64,000 nt of DNA, taken from Vicugna vicugna (lineage: Eukaryota). Positions 35,971-50,020 of the stretch are shown here, piece by piece. The notes beneath the pieces are model-generated. The model made no database searches, was not told the origin of the DNA, and saw only the letters and a program-made list of their open reading frames with translations. Position 1 is the stretch's first letter. Each line of letters starts with the position of its first letter. The stretch covers positions 1,610,911-1,674,910 of the forward strand of contig MU058531.1 of the NCBI GenBank assembly GCA_013265495.1, in the 5' to 3' direction. The position numbers and the translations under genes were made by a program.

Positions 35971-37774
35971 ATGAAGTAACTGTTTTTAAAAATAAATCCT
36001 TGATCATAGGACAATCACATTGTCGTTCTACAGGTGAAAAGCTTTCATCTCTTAGCATGGAAATACTTGGCATGTCACCATTTTTTAATATCCCAAAAGT
36101 CTCTAAAAATGGAAGAACCCCAGGCTCTCTCTAGAAGGCCGCAGGTCAGGCCAGCAATAGCCTGCTTTCTTCACGGGGGTTGATTCTTCCTGAGAGAAAA
36201 GTGGTACAAGTTCTGGATGAGGATGTTGGAGGCCCCATCAGCAGGCCTTTCTCTGTGCTGCAAAAATCTCGTTTTAAGTGGCCATGTCAGTTCCTCAACT
36301 CAAAGCTCTCAATTAGGGCTCAATAGAGACTCTCTGTACTTAATAACTGGTGATAATGCCAAGGCCCCTGAGGGCCCTGATTCTGTCCCAGCTCCTCCAA
36401 TGGGGTGGCAGGACCAGGGGTCAGTGCCAGGCATGCCCCCAGGGTGCTGGGGGGCGTTGCCCAATTGTGATCTCCAACTGACCTACAAAATAAAAAGGTG
36501 GCAGTTGAATTGGGAAATCTATCAGAAACAGAGTCCCAAGTCTGCTGGAGGGGAATGCTGTGCACAATTTGTATTCGATAAATGGACAGGAGTATTTATT
36601 CACTCAAACTCATCTACTAACCCTCCCTGGAAGTCACTGCACTAGGCACCGCGGGGATGGAGATGAATGAGGCATGAGAGCCTAGAACAGGGGCCACAAA
36701 CAGGCAAACAAGTCACTCAATTACAGCAGACTGTGGCCTGTCCATGTGCTGGGCAAGCCCAGAAGATGGCATTTTTCATTCTGCAGAGGGAATTTGGGGA
36801 AGGTTCCTTTAGAGTAGCTGACATTTGCAGGTAGCCTCTAAGGAGAAGCAGGTGTTGACTTAGCCGAGCAAAGAAAACTGAGTGAAGGGCAAAGGGAGGC
36901 AGCAGGGACATAGGAGTAAAGGCAGGGCCCCCAACTGCCATCCAGTCTATTATCACATTTCCACCTCTGAGCAAACTTCCTGTTAATTAGTTGATTTCAT
37001 GAATATTTACTGAGCACCTACCATGTGACTCGTAATGGTTGAAAATTTGGGGGCACTGCCTGAAATCCTTAATGAATGTTTGAAAAAGATAAAGAACCAG
37101 GTGTTTCTGATGTCTGTTTACCTTCAGGAACTAAAGTCACCATAAGCCATAGGACAAAAGCAGAATTGCACACGCAAGTGCACACACACTTACACACACA
37201 CCACCCATACCTTGTGAGGATGGAGACTGTGGAGGGTTTTAAGAGCTTTTCCATCTTCAAGTTTGATTCCCTTCTTACTCTGACTTCTTGGATTATATCT
37301 GCTGGGTTGACATCCTTTTCAGGGACTGTCATAGCAACAGAGCACACTCCCAGCAGGGCCTTGGGACATGTCTGTCCCTCGTGAATGCGGCTTGGATCAA
37401 AGACATGCGCCTACATGTACCAGCACTGTAAGGCTGTCATGCCATCTTTAGGGATGTTGGGTACCAGTCTGACTCTGTTCTCTGTCCCTTTATTGCCCTC
37501 AAATACTTGAGTAAAAAATCTGCTTCTGCTAGGATGCCAACCATGCCCTATCCTCGACTAAAGCTCACAAACCTGGCACAGCCTAGAGCTGCCAAAAAGA
37601 ACTTTGAATGAAATTTAAAGGTTTAACTAACACCGAAGACTGGAAACTTTTACTTCTGAAATGACATCATGTTTGTGACAATGAGTAACTGGCTCTTCAG
37701 AAACTCTTTCCAGCGTGAGTCCCTCATGCCAGCCTCTGGTGGCTAAAAGGCAATTGTCCAAAGCAATGACTAGC

Positions 37775-37980
37775 AAGCTTTAGAATGTATCAGAACCACT
37801 TGGAGTGCTTTTTCAAATACAGATTGCTGGGCCCACCTCAGAATTTCTGGTTTAGTAGGTCTGGTTAGACATGTGAATTTCTAACAATTTAGTGGCTTCG
37901 AGATTAGCAGTTTGCTTTTCTAATAACGTCCAGATGATGCTGACATGGCTGGTCCTGAGACCACACCTTAAGAACCCCAT
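37775..37980 (+). mobile_element. MER5A hAT MITE
   Basis: aatacagattgctgggcccacctcagaatttctgg...gctggtcctgagaccacaccttaagaacc. Confidence 0.8.
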
Positions 37981-38059
37981 TTTTCTAAACCATGGGGTTT
38001 GATTGCATCATCCCAGCTTAAAAAATCTTAGTTCCCTTCAAAAACCCACCAACTAACGC

Positions 38060-38505
38060 TACTAAAGTCCACACTCCTTGGTTTGGGGCCCTTGCTCCCT
38101 AGCCCCAGTCCAAGTTTCTGACCTCATTTCCTGCCACTCCCCTCATTCTCCAGCCTCACTGGGCTACTCTCTATTTGGTGAACATTCCAGTGGTTCTGCC
38201 TTGACACTGTTCCCTCTGCCTGGAATGCCTTTCCCTCCTTTGCTGGCAAAGTCCTACTTATCCTTGAAGACCTGACTCATGTCAGCCTCTGTATCACATC
38301 CTCTGAGCCCCTGCAGGCATACTGTGTGGCCACAGCACACTCCATATGGCCCTACTATCATATCGCCTTGGTGCACTATCTTTTAGGTATCTGTTATCGG
38401 ACTGTCATTGCCCCTCCAGCTGTACCACATATTATTCCTATTTGATGCTCGAAGTCCCAGCACAATGCTTGCCACAAGGAGCAGTTTAGGACCTATGTGA
38501 TGAAA
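38060..38505. mobile_element. L2 fragment
   Basis: ctgttccctctgcctggaatgcctttcc...cccagcacaatgcttgccac. Confidence 0.65.
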
Positions 38506-38567
38506 AAGTGAGTTCCAGACTGCAGTTGCCCTAGTTGATATTGGTAGCCTGCTCCACAGATGTTTGC

Positions 38568-39045
38568 TGTATTAATCAGCTATTACTGTGATACTATTGC
38601 ACGACAAGCATGCATACACATACACACAATCTCCAACATCAACTGTTTTTCCCACTCCGCTATGGCAGCTCTGCTTCAGACAGTGATTTGGCTGGACTGG
38701 GCTGCAGGCTGCAGATTGAGCCAAGGTTTGCTACACACCTTTCCTCATTCTGGGCCCTGGAGCTCTGTGGGACATGTTCTTCTCATGGTGGATCACAGGA
38801 GAACAAGAAGGCTAGCCAGAACACACAAGCACATTTATAGACTCTGCTCACATCACGTCTGCTAACATTCCTTTGGCCAAAGCAAGTCATATGGCCAAAA
38901 CCAATATTAGCAGAATGAGGGATATACTCTGTCTGCCCCAGTGTCAAAAAAATCACATGGTGGAGCGTATGGAGATATAGTTCTAAAACAGGAGCCAATT
39001 TGGAATTGGGAAAGAAGAACTGGGAATAACAGTCCAACCTATCAA
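38568..39045 (-). mobile_element. MaLR solo LTR, MLT1K-like
   Basis: tgtattaatcagctattactgtg start; ctgctaacattcctttggccaaagcaagtcatatggccaa. Confidence 0.8.
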
Positions 39046-42000
39046 ATATATTTTTCCATCTTAGGGGCCTCAGTCATCTTTGTTTATTCTGTTCAGATGA
39101 CACCATAGAATCCCAGATACCCAGTGAGTCTCTGTTGCTAACCCTGGATATTCGCTGGGCTGTCTTTGGACCTCAACTTCTACATCCATAAAATGGATGG
39201 CCAAGCAAAGGCCGAGAAAACCTGCGTGATATTTGGCCTTTTGACAAGAAATAGCAAAGTAGCATCTCAGATATTTCCATTACCTTTCTCAAGAAAATGA
39301 TTGTCACTGATTATACTAGTTTTTTTGTTTTGTTTGGTTTGGTTTGGTTTTTGACTTGTGTTTATACCACATCATGTTTAAGATGTGGCTAATTATTTTG
39401 AAATCTCACTTGAACTTCAGCCATGCCTGCAATTGTTCAAGTAATTAAAAACTCGTTTAAAATAATAGATTATCCCCCAAAATGTGCCACGTTGTGGTTT
39501 AAGGGTGATTCTCAGTGGTCTGATGGTGTACTGACTGTTGTGTAGGCGGGTCCAGCTGGAAGTGTCTGTCAAGATGGCAGAGAGCTGAGAAGTCAAAGGC
39601 CTCAGGCAAACGAGTGTTCTCCCCAGAGCCAGGTGGGAAGAGCGCTCCTATTACGATACTATATATAGTGCTCGTGCTCTGAAAATAAGAATATGTGTTT
39701 TCACAGAGCTCTGGAGATTTAATCTGAGACAGAGGGCATTGTGACCTCTTTCTGCTGGTCAGTCAGGACAGACCCACTGACTTCCCAGGGTGGTAACTGG
39801 AGCCAGTCAATTTATTCTTGCTTCATTGCCTCATCCGTACACTTCTGTCACCCATAGTCCTAGGCTGGAAACCCCAGAAGGGCTGGACTGAGCCACTGCA
39901 TTTTGTCAATTATCATCTGAAAAGCCATTATATTTATTAGTGGAAATCCCCAGTATTAGAGAAATACCACACCAGCCTGTGGTGCCGACAACACAATTTC
40001 CATTCTTCTTATAAAATATTACTTATGAACATGAAATTTCTTTTTATCAGTCTAACCTTCTATTCTTAATGGTACTTTTCTTGAGTTGAGGCTTCATTCA
40101 TTATGATTTTTACCTGATGTTTAATCCAAAGGCTGACAAGGACCAGCAGAAGGAAGCCAGTGGAAGAAGGTCCCAAAGCAGTTCTCATAGAGATGGGAGA
40201 AAAGGCAGCAAGCCCTCACTCCACTGTCTGCACACCCACACTCGTGTTCCATTGCTTTGAGTTACATCACACTATAGGTCTTCTCCAGGACAGGGCAATG
40301 ACCTCTAAAAGTTTGCTGTCTCCCCTCTTTGGGCTTTTCAGAAATGTACCAGCACGTAGGACATCTCTAGTCCGGGAACCTCTCCTCTCCTCTCCTCTCT
40401 ACTCAGTCTCCCGCCTGCTTTTGGAAACTAGCCAAGAAATCATCCGATATCCAAACAGATTGCCAAAGAACAGAAGGCAGATTCTGTGTCAAAGCAGACA
40501 GCACACGGCGTAGTCAAAAGACCCCAGAAGTTAGGAGATGGAGACTCCAGCCTTGCCACTGACTATAGGGTGACCCTGAACAGGTCCTTTCTCCTGGCTA
40601 CACCTCGGTGTCCCCTTTCTGATCTCCTCCTCCATGTACATTTCCCTCATCCTCTATTTCAGCCCATTGTTGGGCTTTTTCATAACTTAATAAAATTCGT
40701 AATTATTTTATCTTCTTACTTGCTCTTAGTCTGTGCTCTCCACTAGAATGTAAGCTCCTTTTGGCCATCTGAACCCCCACTGTAAAACTAGAACCTGATA
40801 CAGTGTCAGCACTCAATAAATGTTCACTTAATGAAGGAATACATGAAATCAAATGATCAAGTTTTAATATTCTAAGACTTCTCATCTAGTCAAAGCAAAA
40901 ACAGAACCAAATAATTACGTAATGAAGGATTACCTCCCCTCTGTAGTTTCCAGGGAAGACACTAGGAAATGGATGATTAAGTGAAGAGCCCGTGTTCCTC
41001 AGCATTAAACATTTTGTTTAACATCATAGAGGACAATTTATTGTTTTAGAGATTTGTGTTTTAAAAATCTGAGTAACTGTTGTGAGCACAGAAATTGGAA
41101 AGTCTTTCTTATCTTTCTGGTGATTTCTTACCTTTCTAGCATCTCTTACCCAATCTGATAAATCATTTTAATTAACATTTAGGTACATTGTCTAGCTTAC
41201 TAAGCAAGTCTAGGCTAGTCTCCACTTTCATTATGCATTTTAATGAGTTTTTGCATTATTTATGTCCAGCCCTAGAGAACTTAGAATCAAGTTGAAACCT
41301 AAAAGTATAAACATAATTAAAACTGTCGTGCAGACTGGAGTAGTTTAACATTCCTTGCGTTAGCAGAAGCCATCTGGGCAAAGCCACTGCAATTGACTGC
41401 CATTAGCCACTGCTTTTCAATATCATATTTAATTAAGATGATGCTGATGGTTGACCAATGGTCCTGGTCTCCATCCTCACTCCACTCCACAGCCATGCAA
41501 CCTGCATCAAACTGGGCCAGCCCAAACTAATAGAAAAATTAAAGGTCCCTGTGGCTTATCTCCCCTGGGTCCCCACAAACACACTCTTAATCTCTTATTT
41601 GGTAACTTTGACTGGAGTTTTTAATCTACTCTCTACTTACTTCCTTTCCAGTGGCTAAGATGACATATCTCATCCTTGCTGTGCATGGTTGCTCCTGACC
41701 CAGAGTGGAGACCTGGTCTCTTTCAGGTATCTGCTGCAGAAAGATAGGATTTGCTCCTTTGTGCTGGCTTCCAGAGAACTTCTGGCCAGAGCAGATACAT
41801 CCATGCAATATCAGGTATACATGGCAAGAGTTAAGCTGAATCCTGATTTTTTGTTTAGATCTTTGCCCTATGTGGTCAACCTGCTGTCTTCCCAGCTTAT
41901 TTCCCATCTTCCTTCACTCCAGTCAGAACCAACTTTGCCTTGTTCTTCTTGCAAGCTTTCTGCTTCCTGAGTCCTTGCTCCTGGAATACTCATCACTTAA

Positions 42001-43349
42001 GGCTCAACTCACCTGTTGCCTCCCCCACGAAAGTGCCCTAGATCACCCACCCCAATAGGAAATCATCTGAACTGTAGGACTCCTATTTCTCTTACAGGAT
42101 TTTTCTCTTTCTGCCTTATCTTATGGTTACTTACAAAATTTATTATCTTCTATATCAACAATAAATTATTCATATGCAGGGACCATCTCTTCATCACCTT
42201 CATCACAAAGAGTAGCCACTATTATTGCTTGATTGAATGAGTAAGTGTGTATGGCTTGTGTCATGAGACACCCATTGTACATTTGGAGCTTGATACATGT
42301 TACTAAAAACAGACGACATTCTGTCATCCCTTTTGGACTCTAATGTCAATAGGCAGCTGGGAAGTTAATGAGCAAGAGCATGACATAGGGAGAATTTTCT
42401 GACTCGGTGTCCATTCAGGTGCCTAGGGCTTAATCTCTACACATCACAGGTTTATCACAGGAGTATTACTTTCATACTGAGTTAGGTGATAAACTAAGGC
42501 TACAAATAGAGAGCATGAGCACCTCCTACTGGGAGAGGCTAGGGTGGGCAGGTGTTGATAGAGAAGTCTACTCCAAAAGGTAGGGACAAAACTCCATTTT
42601 TGTCCTTTTTGAGTGACGCTGTTCTTGTATTACCCCTATATTCAGGGCACAGTGATGGGCGTCCATGGGGAAGCATATAAATGGGATTGGCCCAGGAGTC
42701 TGGTTAAGTCTAAAAGAACGTGACCCAAGTTCATTCATGAATGCACAGCCAGAGCTGAGAACTGAAAACAAAGTTAAAAGAGTATTCTGCATTGGGATTA
42801 GGAAAGATGGGAACATTCAGAGAACTAAAGGTCTGAGGCCAAGATATGATGGTGAAATGAGCAGCAAAGTCCATGAGCTTCAGAATCATAAGCAAACAGA
42901 GAAAGGGCTAGGTAAGGATTGGTCAGGTAATTTTGGAAAAGTAAGCTCAGAGAAGAAAGGGAGTTACAACCCAAGATATCCAAGACCTCACTCATCAAGA
43001 AGTTCATACTAGTTAACGAAACTTGTTTCCACCCTCCACGTAGCTCATCTGGATGACAAACTGTTGCATCATTTCCTCATTCACAGATGTCTGAGTGTAT
43101 AGCATTATTGAGAGGGACATAGAGTGTTTGATTTTAAAAGGCTGTATGCTATCCCTGGTTATTGTAAAGATGTCAGTTCTTCCCCCATTTGCGATCAAAA
43201 TCCAACTGAAAAAAAGTTGGGGGCCAAAAACATTTCAAGTTGATGTAAAACAATAAACAGGCAGAATTAGCTTCAAAAATTTTTAAGATGCATGTATTTA
43301 GAGAGGGTCTTGCCCTACTAGCCATGAAAACATATTTGAAAGCTGACAT

Positions 43350-44100
43350 ATCAGTGGGGCCCTAGGACAGGAACTATCACAGATCAATTAAATAGAGTCA
43401 AAAACCTAGAGATAAACACTGATATCTAGAAAAAGCTATTATGTAGTAAAGATAGCATCACAAACAAGTGAGAGAGAAATGAATTATTAAATAAATGACA
43501 GTCAAAAAATTAACTACTTGGAGTTAAAAATCAGCTTAGAGCCTCACCTCGTGCACAGATAAGTTCCATATAGATTGCAAAGATAAATGCAGAAATCAAA
43601 GAAGGAAATATGGGCAAATTTTATCACACTGCTGGATGGGGAGTGACTTTTAAAACAAAAACAATGGGAGAAAACATTAAAGAAAATATGGCTAGATTTA
43701 TTTACATTGAGTTTTTAATATATATTCTTCAAAATAACATTAACAAAATTAAATTACAAACTGGAAAAATATTTGCAACAATAATAATATTCTTAATATA
43801 TAAGGAACTTCTATAATTCAGTAAGAAAAATGCTAACGATGTAAATATTGAAGGGCATAGTCAATGTACAAAAAGTAGATATTTTACTGATTAATGAACA
43901 TGAGATGTATTTTACCTCACTAATAATGAAATACAAATCGAAACAATAATGAAATATTTTTCAACAACCTTTTTTTTTAATAATAACATTCTGTGCTGGC
44001 AAAGTATTTAGTAGGAGAAATGCTCTTATATTATTACCAGAAAGAATATAGGAACTTTCTGATCAGAAATCCGGTCATAAAAAGCAAGAGTCTTAAAAAT
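43350..44100 (+). mobile_element. Old L1ME/L1MC ORF2-3' UTR fragment
   Basis: aattaaatagagtc...aaaatatttgcaacaata...aggaacttctataattcagtaagaaaaa. Confidence 0.65.
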
Positions 44101-44429
44101 GGTCACATCCAGGTTGCCTTTGACTTCCAGATGGTTCAGGCATGGCTGGGGCGAAGTGTACCCCCTATCTCTGAGCCAGTCCAATAGTAAAGTGGGGAGG
44201 TGTGGGATGCCCCGAGGGGAGCAGCCAATAGCCCCCAAACCCTTAGCCTAGCATCAATAGCTGGGAGTGGTCCTGACACTTCAGAATCACAGGACCCTCT
44301 GGAGCATCTGGAGGAAAAATACATACACTGGGAACCCAGCTTAGGTCTGCCCAAATGCATGCCTTTCTGAGTTCCTGGGAAGGTGATTATGTACAAAATG
44401 GCCCAGGGCAATTCCTTCCAACAAAGAGG

Positions 44430-44710
44430 AAAGAGTATGAAGTTTGGGAGAGCAGGGTCCGAGGGCGCTCCGGCTAGGACAGCTAGGGCATGTAGTGAAG
44501 ACGTGGGCTGCCTCTGTTCAGATTCCAGCTCGGCCTCTCACTGGCAGCATCACCTCTGGAGGTTGTTTAACCACTGCTGTGCCTCAGTTTTCTCACCTGT
44601 AAAACGGAGGATGATGGTGCCTACCTTAGTCAAAGTATTAAAGACAGGATACCATGCTCCAGCCCATATAGTAAGTGCTTGATAAATGTTCACCTTATTG
44701 CTATCATTGT
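44430..44710 (+). mobile_element. MIR SINE
   Basis: gcctcagttttctcacctgtaaaacggaggatgatggtgcctacc...agtaagtgcttgataaatgtt. Confidence 0.8.
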
Positions 44711-44943
44711 TCACCTTCCAGTTCTGGAGGTTGGGAAAACCCTTCGTCGTCAGGCAATGAAACGTGTGGCCGTCATGCAGAGGCCAAGAGCACTGCTGGG
44801 GCCACCAGCCTTATTTTCAAGGTGACTTCCTTCCTTTTAAGTCCCTCAGAGATGCAGCTTCTTGAGGCCCAGGGCCACGAAGTTTTCCTAATGCTGCAAG
44901 AATCCTGGTGAGAGACCTGGGTCCCAAGCCCCAGCTGAGGGCT

Positions 44944-45305
44944 TGTTAGGGAGTGAATATTTGTGTCCCCCAAAATTCCTATGTTGAAATCCTGGCCCCT
45001 AATGTGATGGTATTAGGAGGCAGGGCCTTGAGGAGGTAGTTAGATCATAGAGACGGAGTCCTCATGGACGAGATCAGTGCCCTTATAAGAGGAGCTAGGA
45101 AAGTCTGCTCCTCCCCTGTGCTCTCTGCCACCTGGGGACACAACAAGAAGGTGGCCGTTTGCAAAGCAGGAAGAGAGCCCTCACCAGACATTAGATCTGC
45201 CAGCACCTTGATCTTTGCTCTTCCAGCCTCCAGAACTGTGAGAAATAAATGTTAGTTGTTTAAGCCACCCAGTCAGTGGTGCTGCAGCCCAAACTGACTA
45301 AGACA
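44944..45305 (+). mobile_element. MaLR solo LTR (MLT1A/A0-like) with perfect 5-bp TSD
   Basis: TG...CA termini, 362 bp, internal aataaa; TSD GGGCT at 44939-44943 and 45306-45310. Confidence 0.92.
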
Positions 45306-47760
45306 GGGCTGCTCAGGGCTCTAGTGCAGGCAGCACTGGTGTGAGAACCAATGAGTAAGTATAGATGGTAGCTAACCTCCTTTCCCACCAAAAGCTCCTG
45401 GGTCCATGCCAGCTCATCCCAGGGAGGTTCTGCCAGGCTTTATGGAACTGAGCAAAGGGCAGCCTTGCTCCAAGTTAAGTCATGGGCCATGGGCCAGGCC
45501 CAGTTCCCTTGAAGAGGCAGTTGGATCACAGAGAGCCCCCCCACCACCACAACCCAGGCTGTGCCTCTTTCCTACATTCTTTGCCAGGGGTAGGCTTTTG
45601 CGGGGGCATATGGGCTAGGAGCCCATCACAGCTTTCACAGGTGAGGCTCCCTATAGGCATGAGTAATTGCCAACCTCTTGGCTCTGTTGATGAGAGCTCT
45701 AAGAATGTCTGCTCCTAGCCCAAAGGCCCCCAACATTTCTAGCTCTTGCTGGGACCTAGACACATGGAGCTGGGGACTGTAAGGGAGGTGAAGGCTGTGC
45801 TCTTGGCTGTGGCTATGCTGTGGGAAAGGCAGCACTTGACCCAGAACAAGGGCCAGTTCTCCTCAAAGCTCCCCACTAGCTCATCCAATAAGCATGCCCT
45901 GTCCTCAGGGCAACTCCTGTGGGCAAAGAGAAGGGACTGACTTGGGTTCTGTTCATTCTCCTCTCCTAAATACCTTGGTACCCCTCGGACCAACCCCCTC
46001 AAGGCCAGAGAGGAGGAAGCACCTCAAAACCTGGGCATGGGGCTGGAACCACGAGGGCTGCCCAGGGAGAAAATTTGCAAATGGCCAGGCCTGAGAAATC
46101 AGATGACTAAGAAAGGAATCTAAGGTGACAGGCCATCAACTTAAGAGATTTACCTGTGGTCACAAGCAGAAAACAGAGACTCCATAACCACAAATAAGGC
46201 AGTTCTACAGAGCAGAAACCTACAGGACCATTTGAGTCAGACACAGAGAAGAAAGAGGCAGGCTGGCCCAGGTGGGTAGTGTGGATGGTTCAAGGCAAAC
46301 CTTACAAGAGCCCAGATTCCAGCCCCGGCATCTCTGTGTGAAATTCTACAACACTTCCCTTGGCTCAGGCCAGTGTCTGAAAAGGGCATTTCCTCTGGAC
46401 AAGAAGAAACCCACTGGCCACTCTTGGGAAAATGACATTCAGTTTACAGCACTGATTAAACCCCAGTGTATGCTGGGGGATGTTCCCGGCACAGGGGTAC
46501 AGCAGCAATGAGATAACCTATTCCGGTCCTCGCCAAGGACGCAGCAGGAATTAGACACTGCACTAGATGTTCCAGGTGAACTGAGCGTTGCTAAGTTCAC
46601 TTAGCAAGATAAAGGAACGTTTTTCATCACTTCTCCACTCAGCTCTTTATTGAAGAGAATTGAAAGTAGATGTCAGGTATAGAAGCTAGCCAACCCTAGT
46701 CTCATGAGAGATTTTTTTTACAGGTTATTTTAAGGGGAAGCTTCTTGGTGGTGATATACCCTAAACATCCCCAGAGTTGCTCCATAGTTCATGTCAGTTT
46801 TATCAGCCATGAATATCTAATTCCTTCTTGAACTTTACCTGTTCATTACTTGGTTCTATTCCACCATTCCTGGGTTACATAATACTTCTGGTCTCTCAGG
46901 ATTTCTCTTTCTCTGTGAGAGGATCTTTATCTCCTAACACATCCTCTCTCAGAAGTTGCTCCCTTCCCTTCATCACTTAGTTCTCCTCCCCTGGATTTCT
47001 CCCAGCCCCACTAGGTCATTCTTGACAGGGGTGGGCCGAAATGGTAGAAAACCCAGTTTTGTTGCCAATAGCCTTTGCCAGAATCTGCCCACATTCCCTC
47101 CTGGCCAAGGCAGCCCTTCCCTGCTTGCCCCTGCAGGCCCTGGAAGGCCACGGCCCACGCCTGCCCTGTAGGAAGGAACCCTGGTTCATAACGCCTGTCT
47201 TGTGCTCAGATGTCTTAGTTTGCAAAGCGCTTTCACAGATATTTTCTCATTTGACAAACCATCTCGAGGGAGCAAGGTAGGTAGTAGCATCCCCATGTTA
47301 TGGGGAAAAAGTTCAGGAAGCTTAATTTTATGGCCCAACATCATTCAAACTACCAGTGCCAGATGCAGAAGTTGAACTTGGGTCTCCTAAGTTCAACCTG
47401 CCTGTTCACCCCCATTCTTTAACCTCGAGGTCACCAGCTCTGGCTCCTATATCTGCCTCAGATCTCCTCTAGTTTTGGTGCAAACGTTAGATTCGGAGCA
47501 CGTGAAGCTCCAGGTAAGAATCGCTTCCTCCAGCAGACTCAGGCCCATTTGACCCACACCTGAGAGGCTGACCCTCCCAATGCCTCTTCTGGTCTCCAGC
47601 TTCCCAAGGAGGAGAGAAGAGGTCAAGACCATTTCTATCTAACTGGCTGCTGATGCTTTGAATTGTGACATCTCAGTGCATGTTCCAATTTCTGCCTGGC
47701 ACTGAGCTGTGCCCACAACAATGCTCAAAAAAAAAAAAAAAAAAGAAGCCTGGCAAGCAG

Positions 47761-48170
47761 AGGGGAGTGTATACAGCTCAGTGGTGGAGTGTGTGCTTAG
47801 CCTGCCCAAGGTCCTGGGTTCAATCCCCAGTACTGCCATTAAAAAATAAATAAACCTATAATGAAAAAGAATATGAAAACAAACAGATGTATACATATGA
47901 CTGAAACATGCTGCACACCAGAAATTGACACAACACTGTAAACTGACTATACTTCAAGTTAAAAAGCACGCAAAAAAATTGCCAGAGCCACCCCGCCACC
48001 CCAACCTTTAGTAAGCACCACCCTCAACATCAGAGCAAGAACATCTACTGACAAAAACACAGATTCACTGAAGGCTCAGATGATAGTTAGCATTTTTAGT
48101 AATAAAGTATTTTTTAACTATAAGTAAATAAATAAATCTAATTACTTCCCACCCTACTCTCCCCCTCCAA
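47761..48170 (+). mobile_element. Vic-1 SINE split by an L1 3' end plus a Tigger1 fragment
   Basis: Vic-1 head 47761-47857, L1 3' end 47858-47965, Tigger1-like segment about 47975-48120, Vic-1 tail 48126-48170; aaataaataaa(c/t)ct duplicated at 47844-47857 and 48126-48139. Confidence 0.85.
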
Positions 48171-48269
48171 GGCAAAACATGTCCTCTATTCTATAGCTAT
48201 CAGTTTCCAGAAACTCAGTTGCTGAGTTTTTAAAATGGAATTGAAGGCAAGTATTACGCTATTTATTTG

Positions 48270-49060
48270 GTTTCACCTATTGATAAAATAAACAGTGTAG
48301 AAAATTTGAATAATAGAGACAAGCACATAGAAAAAAAAGTCACCTAATCTGACTCTACTAACATTTTGATGACTTACTTTGCCATGTAAAGCTATTTAAT
48401 GTGAACAAACTACTTTATAACTTGCTTTTTTAATTATCAAAAAATCCTAGACATTTCCCCATGTGTCCATTATGCTTACACGTCACTTTCACGACTGCCT
48501 GCTTTAGCGCTGCATAACTGTGTCTTGGTTAACCAAGTCACCTTTGATGGAAATGTAGGTTTTTTCCCTTTTGGTCACAGATTAGACAGTAATGATAAAC
48601 CAAAGCATATGATTGTTTCCATAGAACAAATTCCTAGCAGTGAAAATGCTGGATCAAACCTATTTGAGACTTAGGATATACATCGCCTAATTACCTTCCA
48701 GAAATGTTGTACTGATTTACCCTCTCAGGGTACCCATTTTTATTTCCAGTATTAAATAGTACAATTTTAAAAAATTGTTTCCAATTTGAATAGGGGCAAA
48801 AACATCTCATTACTTTTTATGTCAATGGCGTTTTGAATATCTAAATAAATTTTGCTCACTGGTTTGCATATGCTCATTCACAGATTTCTCCCCTTAAAAA
48901 GCACATTTCTCCAATAGCACATTAGTATGCTTGTTTGTTTAGCATCTATTACATGCAAAGCTCTATAACTAAGTACATTTTCACAATGGGTTTGATTTAT
49001 TTTATACTTATTGACCTTACTCTGTGATTCTACCATATTGCCAAGAATTACAGTGAAAAT
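48270..49060 (-). mobile_element. Old L1ME-like 3' fragment
   Basis: ttcctagcagtgaaaatgctggatcaa...ttaccttccagaaatgttgtactgatttac. Confidence 0.65.
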
Positions 49061-49566
49061 AACTTACTAGCCCATAATTTCCATGGTAACCTCTGAACTT
49101 CCTAATAGATGTGTTATGTCACTAATCCACCAGCTATTTGGTAACCTTTAGTAATTTTAAGGTTTACATTTTAGCCCACAATTCCGCAGTTTTACCTCCA
49201 GAAACACCTAGGTGGATACCATATGCTCAAATGGTTTATTTACATCTAAATTATCACTTTGTTCTAGAACATTTTGTGCATGTATCATCATTTGACATAC
49301 ACCATCTGTCATGGCAGCTACTGAAAATGATTTAAGTGTCCAGCATCTCGTCTGAGATGCCATTGCTGGAGTGTCTCAGAGATACTAGACAAAATCATGT
49401 GTGAAAAAATACCACTGAAAGGAAAGGAAGTCAAATTAAAGGTAAAAAAAAAAAATAGGGATCATAATATGGAATCTTCCTAATATCCAGTTCTGTCTTC
49501 ATTTACTAATCAAGAATCAATGGATTTAATTCAGTATTAGGAAAGTCTCCTTAGTGTTTAGGGCAT

Positions 49567-50020
49567 ATATTAATCAGAGTTCTCTCAGAAAAATGGAGCT
49601 CCTGCCAGATGTTTCAATGGAGATAAGTTAATACAGGGAACCTGTTATAAAGGTGTTGGAAATATTGAGAGGCTAAACAAAAGACGATGTGATAACCCAG
49701 AAATTCACAACAGCAGGAAGTTGCTATACCATATTATCAAAACCCAGAAGCCAGAGCAATAGGGCAGAAATTGTAAATTCAAAATACCCCCTGATGAAAT
49801 ACTTTGGCTTCTCCATTTCTTTTCTTTTTTCCTTTTTTCCTCCAGGCTCCCTCCTGGGCTCTCCATCTGTGATGTAGACAGAAACCAGTTGGCAAGGAAG
49901 TTGGGGATATGCAATCTACAGGGGCAGCCGTGCTGGGAGTTAGAGCAGAGCAGAGGAAGTAGATATGGGATCTCAGATTAAATAAGCAAATGAGTGACAC
50001 AGTGCTTCAGTAAAGAGCTA
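49567..50020 (+). mobile_element. Old ERVL solo LTR (LTR33-family-like)
   Basis: tattaatcagagttctc start; ataacccagaaattcacaacagcaggaag. Confidence 0.45.

Noticed and set aside
37875-37930. Apparent L1-like 14-mer (ttcgagattagcag) inside MER5A
   Set aside because: Better explained as decayed MER5A plus a local duplication; too short to assign.
42571-42613. Small hairpin GGACAAAA-N6-TTTTGTCC
   Set aside because: An 8-bp A/T-rich stem is expected by chance in 64 kb; the extension is imperfect.
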